A stretch of 27,863 bases of DNA. Origin: a virus (taxonomy: Duplodnaviria; Caudoviricetes). Numbering within the stretch: the first letter of the stretch is position 1; each line of letters starts with the position of its first letter. The position numbers and the translations under genes were made by a program. The notes beneath the pieces were generated by a model. It saw only the letters and a list, made by a program, of their open reading frames with translations, was not told the origin of the DNA and searched no databases. Below, piece after piece: positions 6,676 to 14,445 of this stretch. The stretch covers positions 1-27,863 of IMG/VR virus record IMGVR_UViG_3300005805_000366; one strand, written 5' to 3'.

Positions 6676-8981
6676 TAGATATTCTTTCAACCCAAATTAA
6701 AGGTGTAATCGAAAACTCGGTTTTTAATCAAGTCAGCAGACTTGGTTTAAATATTTCTAACCCTATACTTAGAGCTCTATCGTCGAGAGCGGCAGAAGAA
6801 CTATCGGTCATAGTTTCTCAATCAGTTAGTCTAGGTACAAATAAACAGATTAACACTATACCGCAAAACCTTATAGGGCAAAAAAACCCAGTTAATCTTA
6901 CTACAGATAATCTCGGCAATACTGGTGTAGCTGGTAACTTAGGTAACATTTTAAACACACAACTTAACTCTCAACTCACCGATAAATTAGTTACCATTAT
7001 TGAAAGAGAGTTAAGATTAACTCTGCCGGCTGATAAGCGAGGACTAATTAATTTTTCTGTTGTAGCAGCAACTCTTACTCAGTTCCTAACTCCTACCATT
7101 AGTAGCACCATTAATACTGTGCTCCAAGGTGTTACTGGGGCTATATTTAATCGTAATCAATCCACCCCCCTAACTATACCAAACGCATCTAGTCTTTTTA
7201 GTTCTTTTTTGGGTGGTAATTCTGGTCTATCTTTTGATCAATTACAAGGTAAGATTACCGGTCAATACAATCAAGCAACCGCCTCTAAATATCTCGGACA
7301 AGCAAAATCTTTTGATATTAATAACGCTCAAAACCAAGAAAAACTTACTACCTTAAAGCAAGGCTTTGTAGACCCAGACGCTAATTATCCAACCAAAGAA
7401 TATGCCGGGCAATCGGAAACTAATAAATTAGCCCAAGGTGATGTTAGAGGCACAATAGTTCAGGAAAAAAATTCTACTAGAATGATTGGTGCTAAGTTAC
7501 CCGGGGGTGAGTCTTGGGAGCAGCCCGAATCACCATTTAAGGGTGAGTATCCTTACAACAAAGTTACTCAGACCGAAGGGGGCCACATTCTAGAAATGGA
7601 TGATACCCCTGGAGCCGAACGTATACACTTATACCATAAGTCTGGTACATTTGTAGAAATAGATGTAAATGGTTCGGTTACTATGAGAACCAAAGGTTCT
7701 AAGTATGAAATTATTGATAAAAATGGTAAGATAGCGATAACGGGTAGTGCAGATATTTCTGTTAACGGTGCATGTAATATATTTGTAGGTAACGATGCAA
7801 ATATTGAAGTAGAAGGTGATACTAATCTTATATGTCATAATGATATTACCGCACAAGCCGGTGGTACCTTTAATCTTTCAGCAGTAGAAGAGTTTAATAT
7901 TTCATCTGGTAATGTTAACATTGAAGCATATAATGCAATGAATGTTAAATCTAATGTTGCTTTAATTGTTAGTACGACCGAAGAGCTTTCATTGCGTTCT
8001 AATACCAATGCTTATGTTCAAGCAACAACCTGGTATCAAAATACAACTAACAGCCATCACCAAACTATTACAAACATGTATGAAAAGCTTGGGGGTTCAA
8101 AGTTCACACAAACAGTAGGGGCGGTAAATTATCAAGTGGGTGGTAATTTTAACGCCGATACAGGTGGTGAGATGTATCTAAACTCAGGAAATGCTGTAGA
8201 TTCTCAAGACAGTAAATCTGCTAATGTTGCCGGGTCTTCTAACATAGGGGTAATTTCAGGGAGAAAAGACATAACTGATAATTCAGTTGATGATCCGGTA
8301 ACCTTAACATTGGCCGACCCTTATGCACTTAAATTAGAAGAAGAGCCAGCCGGGTCCGGGGAGTACGAAGCTCATAAAGACTTAATATTAACTTCTGGAT
8401 TTGCTACTTCAGAAGAATTTGACTATACACCGGTAGTTTTACAAACTAGCAATGATTCTAGCTCTCAAAGCGAGCTCATAACACCTTCTGAAGATATTAA
8501 AAAATTTACTGAGTTGCCTGGTAACTTTAATCTATCACCCAACTTTACGGTTGAGATGCTTTCTTCTAAAGCTGCCTTGACTAAGAACTTTATTGAAGGT
8601 AGTGAAGATTTGAAGTATGGGGATATAGTTTATAACCTTACCGCGGTAGCACTAAACATACTAGAACCAGCATATAACATTTATCCTAGGTTAATAGTAG
8701 CATCTGGTTATAGAACTAAAACAAACAGCTCCCAAAGTTCTCTCCATCCTCAGGGTAAATGTGTTGATATTCAATTTCGGGGTGCTACCAAAGATGATTA
8801 TTATGAGTATGCAAAAGAATTAGTTAAAGTGCTAAACTTTGACCAATTAATCCTTCATTACTGTAACTATACCAATAACCCATGGCTGCATGTTTCTTTT
8901 CAGGGATCCAACAATCGAAAAGAAGTATTAACGTTTTGGAACAATAAAAAACATTCAAATGGATTAGCAAAGTTAGTATAA
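6672..8981 (+). CDS. gp5: gp5 C-terminal part: unknown N-terminal region, spike beta-helix and C-terminal peptidase M15-like domain
   Basis: GFVDPDANYP (7362) and WEQPESPFKGEYPYNKVTQTEGGHILEMDDTPGAERIHLYHKSGTFVEI (7515 onward) match T4 gp5, followed by VxG beta-helix repeats. From 8532: LSPNFT, SGYR, SLHPQGKCVDI, FDQLIL and WLHVSF (M15 zinc peptidase pattern). ATGA overlap with the upstream gene. Confidence 0.85.
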   Translation: MIDILSTQIKGVIENSVFNQVSRLGLNISNPILRALSSRAAEELSVIVSQSVSLGTNKQINTIPQNLIGQKNPVNLTTDNLGNTGVAGNLGNILNTQLNSQLTDKLVTIIERELRLTLPADKRGLINFSVVAATLTQFLTPTISSTINTVLQGVTGAIFNRNQSTPLTIPNASSLFSSFLGGNSGLSFDQLQGKITGQYNQATASKYLGQAKSFDINNAQNQEKLTTLKQGFVDPDANYPTKEYAGQSETNKLAQGDVRGTIVQEKNSTRMIGAKLPGGESWEQPESPFKGEYPYNKVTQTEGGHILEMDDTPGAERIHLYHKSGTFVEIDVNGSVTMRTKGSKYEIIDKNGKIAITGSADISVNGACNIFVGNDANIEVEGDTNLICHNDITAQAGGTFNLSAVEEFNISSGNVNIEAYNAMNVKSNVALIVSTTEELSLRSNTNAYVQATTWYQNTTNSHHQTITNMYEKLGGSKFTQTVGAVNYQVGGNFNADTGGEMYLNSGNAVDSQDSKSANVAGSSNIGVISGRKDITDNSVDDPVTLTLADPYALKLEEEPAGSGEYEAHKDLILTSGFATSEEFDYTPVVLQTSNDSSSQSELITPSEDIKKFTELPGNFNLSPNFTVEMLSSKAALTKNFIEGSEDLKYGDIVYNLTAVALNILEPAYNIYPRLIVASGYRTKTNSSQSSLHPQGKCVDIQFRGATKDDYYEYAKELVKVLNFDQLILHYCNYTNNPWLHVSFQGSNNRKEVLTFWNNKKHSNGLAKLV

Positions 8982-9640
8982 TGGCTATTTCAGGTACAAC
9001 AATTTCTGGAGGATTTCCCGATCCTGAGCTTTCCGGGTTAGAGCCCCCTGGTACTAATCTTAACGCTGTAAATGAGTATAAAGATTTTGTAGATAAAATT
9101 ACAGTAACACTTATAAGTGAAGACCCCATGGGCCCTGCATATGGTACATTGATGAATCTTACTGCTAATGTTTCAATAAATGGTACACCAATCACATTAA
9201 ATGAGCTTACTAATAACGGCAATGTTTCTTTAAACATAACATACAGCTCACCTAACACTAATTCTGTAAGCGGGCTAACGGTTGTTACCACTATTGAAAA
9301 CTCTAATACCGAAGGTAACATTTACATTTCTGGAAATATTCAAAACGCTTTTCCTGACAAATACTGGGAATACCAAAATTTTATTACTAAAAATAGTATA
9401 GTAGTTAATTCAACTTTAGATATTCCAGATAGTGATATAGGGCTTCATACCTATAAACCTTCTTTTATGCGATACATTAACATTGAATTTAATGTAGTTG
9501 CAGGGTATGATACCGGAACTGAAACAAAAACTATACTTAAAAAAGTGTATAATGATTGGGAGATAAATAGATTAGCACTTATTTCTCAGGTAACCAGAGA
9601 AGAAAATTACCGATCTAACAACTATCCAAAGGCGTATTAA
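8981..9640 (+). CDS. Hypothetical protein, possibly T4 gp5.1-like
   Basis: Coupled by TAATG on both sides and syntenic with gene 5.1 (between gp5 and the PAAR gene). The C-terminal KKVYNDW is loosely reminiscent of gp5.1. Confidence 0.5.
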   Translation: MAISGTTISGGFPDPELSGLEPPGTNLNAVNEYKDFVDKITVTLISEDPMGPAYGTLMNLTANVSINGTPITLNELTNNGNVSLNITYSSPNTNSVSGLTVVTTIENSNTEGNIYISGNIQNAFPDKYWEYQNFITKNSIVVNSTLDIPDSDIGLHTYKPSFMRYINIEFNVVAGYDTGTETKTILKKVYNDWEINRLALISQVTREENYRSNNYPKAY

Positions 9641-9939
9641 TGGCTGCAGCATCAAGAAGAGGTGATATGAGTGCCGGTCATGGATGTTTTCCACCAACTG
9701 CCTGCGTTGATGCTTCCGCATCTAAAACTTACGTGAATGGTATTTTAGTACAAAAACAAGGATCTAAGTTTAATTCACATAGATGTGGTAAAACTACACA
9801 TCCAACGTCTGCTAGATCAACCACTTCGGGCTCAAGTAAAGTTATTATTGAAGGTTCACCAGCCATTAGAATAGGTGATTCCATTGCTTGTGGAGATACA
9901 GTAGCACAAGGCTCTAATAACGTACAAATTGGTGGATAA
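9640..9939 (+). CDS. gp5.4: PAAR-family spike tip protein
   Basis: RRGD.SAGHGCFPP, HRCG..THP, GSSKV.IEG.PAIRIGD.IACG..VAQGS.NV.IG. Confidence 0.93.
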   Translation: MAAASRRGDMSAGHGCFPPTACVDASASKTYVNGILVQKQGSKFNSHRCGKTTHPTSARSTTSGSSKVIIEGSPAIRIGDSIACGDTVAQGSNNVQIGG

Positions 9940-9942
9940 ATA
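9935..9942 (+). promoter_or_regulatory. T4-type late promoter box GATAAATA upstream of gp25
   Basis: Same octamer as at 2497 and 2520. Overlaps the PAAR stop and ends 5 nt before the gp25 ATG. Confidence 0.65.
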
Positions 9943-9947
9943 ATTAA

Positions 9948-10349
9948 ATGTCAACTATTAATAGAAAACCACGTCAGTATTCAGATATAAGTTTGTTGTT
10001 TACAACACATCCTGCTACTGCCGATTTAGTTAAAAAAACCGATGAAGAAGCGGTTAAAGCATCTATTCGTAGTTTAATTCAAACTAAAAACTATGAAAGA
10101 CCTTTTCACCCAGAAATTGGATGTCAAGTATATTCTCTTTTGTTTGAGAATTTTAATCCTATAACTAAGCAGGTTATGAAAAAAACTATTTTTGATGTTA
10201 TAGAAAAATTTGAACCTAGAGCACGAATATTAGATGTTAATATAAGAGATAGGGTGGATAATAATTCCATTGATGTAGAGGTTATTTTCAGACTACTCAA
10301 TTCGGAAAGACCAGTTACTTTAAGAACAGCAATTACTAGAGCAAGATAA
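9948..10349 (+). CDS. gp25: Baseplate wedge subunit / sheath initiator
   Basis: YSDISL.F..HP, AVKASIRSL..T..YERPFHPEIG, LLFE and FEPR. Confidence 0.94.
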   Translation: MSTINRKPRQYSDISLLFTTHPATADLVKKTDEEAVKASIRSLIQTKNYERPFHPEIGCQVYSLLFENFNPITKQVMKKTIFDVIEKFEPRARILDVNIRDRVDNNSIDVEVIFRLLNSERPVTLRTAITRAR

Positions 10350-12191
10350 ATGGCTAATTTAAGAATAGCAGAGTTAGATTTCGATACTATAAAGTCTAAT
10401 CTAAAAACATATCTACAAGCACAGAATGAATTTTCTGATTATGATTTTGAAGGTTCTGGCCTTTCTGTTCTTATTGATATACTTGCCTACAACACCCATT
10501 ACAATGCTTATCTAGCAAATATGCTAGCAAATGAGATGTTTTTAGATTCGGCAGTAAAGAGAGCTTCTGTTGTCTCTATTGCCAAGCATCTTGGATATAC
10601 CCCTAGATCGGTTACTGGTGCGACAGCCGTTCTAGATATAACTGTAAGTAATCCTACCGGATCTCCAGCCACATTAACACTTGATAGATATTCTTCTTTT
10701 TCAGCCAGCATTAACGGTACAAACTATACATTTTTAAATACAGAGCCTTATACTATTCAACCCTCAAACGGGTCTTATGTATTTAATAATGTATACGTAA
10801 AAGAAGGTAAGTTGTTAGAGTATTCCTATACAGTAGGTACACCCGGTCCAGATGAAAAATACGAAATACCTAATGACGCTGTTGATACTTCTACTATGCT
10901 TGTGACAGTACAGAACTCTACAACTGATACTACATTTGCTACTTATACCCTTAAAACAGATATAGTAGGTGTTGACGGTACATCGAAAGTATATTTTTTA
11001 GAAGAGAATTCTTTAGGTAATTATCAACTATATTTTGGAGACGGTATTGTTGGAAAAAAACTTACAGCTGGAAACATAATAAGAATACAGTATCTAGTAA
11101 GTTCAGGCTCAGTAGCTAATACTTCAGGTCTAATCACTCAATCGTTTACAGCCGACAATACCATTGGTGGGTCGAGCAGTATCACTATTGTAACTGATAG
11201 TAATTCATCCGGTGGGTCAGATAAAGAATCTATTTCTTCTATCAAATTTAATGCACCAAGATTTAACTTATCTAAAAATCGAGCAGTAACTAAAGCTGAT
11301 TATTCTAGTATTATAAAGTCACAGTACAGTACAGTTGAATCCGTCTCTATTTGGGGTGGTGAAGAAAATGTACCACCGGTTTATGGTAAGGTCTTTATTT
11401 CGCTTAAACCATACACCGGGTTTGTAATTGATGATACAATAAAGACTACAATAAAGAACAGCATTCTTAAAGATAAACAAATCTTAACAGTAATACCTGA
11501 GTTTGTAGACCCTGACTATATTTACGTCAATTTACTAGCTAATGTTAACTATAATAAAAATTTAACTAATTACACTGCATCTCAAATATCTAACCTAGTT
11601 AGAACTGGCATAACTAATTATTTTAACAATCAAGTACAGCAGTTTGAAAAACCTTTTTACTATTCCCAGCTACTAGAAGATTTAAACAACGTAGACAGTT
11701 CTATTTTAAGTGTATTGTTAGAATTAAAAATTCAAAAACGAATTGCCCCAGTACTCAATGTTACAAACGCATATATCAGTAACAATATTCTTAAATTTAA
11801 CAACAAATTACACCCTGGTGAAATTACATCTACAAGATTTTTTATAGTTAGAGACGGTAACCCTATTGAAGTATATTTAAAAGATTTACCTAACGATATG
11901 CCTCCTGATTACAATGGTACTGGAGATTTAAGAATATATCAAGCCTCCGATGATACAGATTTGGGCTCTACAGGTTCTGTTAACTATAGCACCGGGGAAG
12001 TTACTATAACCAGTATAACCCCAACAGGGTATCCTTCAGGTCAGTTTGATATTAGAATAACTGCGGCTGTTCAAGAGAATAGTTATAATATTTTAACTTC
12101 AAGAAATCAAGTTATTGTTATAGATGATAGCACTGCTAATTCTCTTGCTAATAGAGATCCCGGAGTAACAATTAATACAACTGCAGTGTAA
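10350..12191 (+). CDS. gp6: Baseplate wedge subunit
   Basis: ELDFDTIKSNLKTYL, DYDFEGSGLSVLIDILAYNTHY, EMFLDSA, LGYTPRS, YFGDGIVGK, NRAVT..DY and WGGEE..PP.YGKVFIS. Confidence 0.95.
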   Translation: MANLRIAELDFDTIKSNLKTYLQAQNEFSDYDFEGSGLSVLIDILAYNTHYNAYLANMLANEMFLDSAVKRASVVSIAKHLGYTPRSVTGATAVLDITVSNPTGSPATLTLDRYSSFSASINGTNYTFLNTEPYTIQPSNGSYVFNNVYVKEGKLLEYSYTVGTPGPDEKYEIPNDAVDTSTMLVTVQNSTTDTTFATYTLKTDIVGVDGTSKVYFLEENSLGNYQLYFGDGIVGKKLTAGNIIRIQYLVSSGSVANTSGLITQSFTADNTIGGSSSITIVTDSNSSGGSDKESISSIKFNAPRFNLSKNRAVTKADYSSIIKSQYSTVESVSIWGGEENVPPVYGKVFISLKPYTGFVIDDTIKTTIKNSILKDKQILTVIPEFVDPDYIYVNLLANVNYNKNLTNYTASQISNLVRTGITNYFNNQVQQFEKPFYYSQLLEDLNNVDSSILSVLLELKIQKRIAPVLNVTNAYISNNILKFNNKLHPGEITSTRFFIVRDGNPIEVYLKDLPNDMPPDYNGTGDLRIYQASDDTDLGSTGSVNYSTGEVTITSITPTGYPSGQFDIRITAAVQENSYNILTSRNQVIVIDDSTANSLANRDPGVTINTTAV

Positions 12192-13984
12192 TGGCAACAA
12201 CAAGAATTAAAGAAAAAATCTCCACGCTGGTATCATCCCAGCTACCGGAATTTGTACGTACCGATTATACAACCTTTGTTGCTTTCTTAGAAGCATATTA
12301 CGAATTTTTAGAACAAGATAGTAATGCCCAGGAACTTTTACAAAACATACGTTCTTATCAAGATGTAGATAGGACTATAAGCAGTTTTATAGAATATTTT
12401 ATTAAACAGTATTGTAACGATATACCTAGAGGTGTACTCTACAATAAAAAAGCACTGGTTAAAAATATACAGGACCTGTATGTAAATAAGGGAAATGAAA
12501 AGTCCTATAAACTTTTATTTCAAATTTTATACAATAAAGAAGCAGAAGTATACTATCCATATCAGCAGGTATTAAGAGCATCTGATGGAAAATGGAAACA
12601 ACGTGTTTCTGTTTTTATTAGAGTTTTAGTGGGAGATGCGACAAATATTGTAGGTAAAAATGTAGTAGTTTCTTCTTCTACTACCAAATATCCTGCTTAT
12701 ATAAACAGCTGCAAAAATACCAGTAATTCACTCGGTGTTAGTGGAGATATATTTGAATATTTTATTGAAGGTAATAAAAGTGTTCCTATTAACATAGGTG
12801 ATATAGTTGAATATGAAAATTTTAGAGGTGAGGTGGTAGGAGTACCAACTTCGATTACTATTGTCTCCGGGGGTTCAGGGTTTAAAAAAGGTGATATCTT
12901 ACCTTTAACTTCTGGTTTAGGTAATGGTGCTAAATTAAAAATAACAAAAGTAAGCACTACCGGTGCTATTTTAAACGCACAATTTATTAGTTTTGGAATA
13001 GGTTATACAAATAGTTTTTATAACTTTTTCTCGCCTACCGGTATTTCTGAAATTAGTTCAACTTTTACCTATACCGGTGGTGTTGCAACTATTAGAGATG
13101 GGTTAAATGGCTTTGTTGAAAGAGGTGTAATTACTTCACCTTCCTATAATAACACTAATTATTTTGCAGAAGATTATTCCGGGGAGATACTTAGAGAATT
13201 CTATTCAAGCACTTCTAGTTCTGGTTCTGGCACCTCGGGTTATGAGTCAACCGGTAGCAGCAGTGATGCCGTTATTTTTGTTCAAATAGGCGCTAAAACC
13301 ACCTACCCGGGTTATTATGAAAATATTGATGGGTTTTTAAGTGATGCAATTTATCTAGAAGATAGAGACTATTATCAACCATTCTCTTATGTTTTAAAAG
13401 TTGATGAGAGGCTTTATGAATATAAGAAAGCCGTACTTGATATACTTCACCCTGCTGGTACTAAATTATTTGGAGACCTAGCGCTTTCCAATAATATTGA
13501 TTTGTCGACTGAAATTACTGCTATACTTCGATTCTTAACCAGTAATTTTCAGGACATTGTTAGTAATGTTTTAGATAGCAACTCTAAATTTATTGGTAAA
13601 AATTTATCTGATTCAGCTGGTACTGAAGAAGCAGATAGTAAACTTATTATTAAACCGTTAACGGAAAGTATAGAAATTTCCGAAGAACTTACTAGACTAC
13701 TATCTAGACCGGTTACTGATATTATAGACGCACCCACAGACAGTGAGTCTAAAGTTTTTAACAAAAATTTAAATGAGACTGGGGCCTATGCAATAGATTA
13801 TTTTTTAGAGGACTATGTTACCCCTAGTGATTTTGTTGTTATTGAAGAATCTGCTTCAATAGCTGTTATAAATAATTTATCAGATTCTACTTCTACCGCT
13901 GATAACGGTAGTGTGTTAATTGCAAATTACGCCGATGGGTCTTATTTCGCAGAAGACTACGTAGGCGATACGACCGTATTTTAA
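12191..13984 (+). CDS. gp7: Baseplate wedge initiator (gp7-like) with an acidic C-terminal extension
   Basis: QLPEFVR.DY..FV.FLEAYYEFLE, KG.EKSYKLLF.ILY, RASDG.W, YYQ.FSYVLK and HPAGTKLFG; follows gp6. Confidence 0.8.
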   Translation: MATTRIKEKISTLVSSQLPEFVRTDYTTFVAFLEAYYEFLEQDSNAQELLQNIRSYQDVDRTISSFIEYFIKQYCNDIPRGVLYNKKALVKNIQDLYVNKGNEKSYKLLFQILYNKEAEVYYPYQQVLRASDGKWKQRVSVFIRVLVGDATNIVGKNVVVSSSTTKYPAYINSCKNTSNSLGVSGDIFEYFIEGNKSVPINIGDIVEYENFRGEVVGVPTSITIVSGGSGFKKGDILPLTSGLGNGAKLKITKVSTTGAILNAQFISFGIGYTNSFYNFFSPTGISEISSTFTYTGGVATIRDGLNGFVERGVITSPSYNNTNYFAEDYSGEILREFYSSTSSSGSGTSGYESTGSSSDAVIFVQIGAKTTYPGYYENIDGFLSDAIYLEDRDYYQPFSYVLKVDERLYEYKKAVLDILHPAGTKLFGDLALSNNIDLSTEITAILRFLTSNFQDIVSNVLDSNSKFIGKNLSDSAGTEEADSKLIIKPLTESIEISEELTRLLSRPVTDIIDAPTDSESKVFNKNLNETGAYAIDYFLEDYVTPSDFVVIEESASIAVINNLSDSTSTADNGSVLIANYADGSYFAEDYVGDTTVF

Positions 13985-13994
13985 GGAGACTTTA

Positions 13995-14444
13995 ATGAAA
14001 CTAATGAATGATAACCTTTCGGTTAGAGGTGATGTAATCGTTATAAAGACTGATGAATTTGGTAACGAAGAAAGAAAAGAAATTAAGAACTTAGTAGTTG
14101 CAGTCGGCAAGACCCATATTGCAAACCGTATGACAGCAAACACGGTTAACGTAATGAGTCACATGGCTGTTGGTACAGGTAATGCTTCTGCTTTTTCTAG
14201 TGATACTACTTTAGAGACCGAATTAGCACGTGTGGCTTTAGCTGTTACCGGTGGCACACCATCTTCTAATACCGTTACATATTCAGCAACCTACCCTGCA
14301 GGTACTGGTACGGGTGCGTTAGCTGAAGCCGGTATATTTAATGATAGTTCTACAGGCACAATGCTGTGTAGAACTGTATTTCCTGTTATAAACAAACAAG
14401 CTGCTGATACTGTTACAATTACCTGGGTAGTATCTATTACTTAA
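13995..14444 (+). CDS. Virion structural protein, tail-collar/fibre N-terminal-like
   Basis: KNLVV..GK, HMAVGTG, DTTL.TELAR, EAGIFN and MLCRTVF..INK...DT.TITW. AGGAG RBS at about 13984-13988. Confidence 0.65.
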   Translation: MKLMNDNLSVRGDVIVIKTDEFGNEERKEIKNLVVAVGKTHIANRMTANTVNVMSHMAVGTGNASAFSSDTTLETELARVALAVTGGTPSSNTVTYSATYPAGTGTGALAEAGIFNDSSTGTMLCRTVFPVINKQAADTVTITWVVSIT

Positions 14445-14445
14445 T

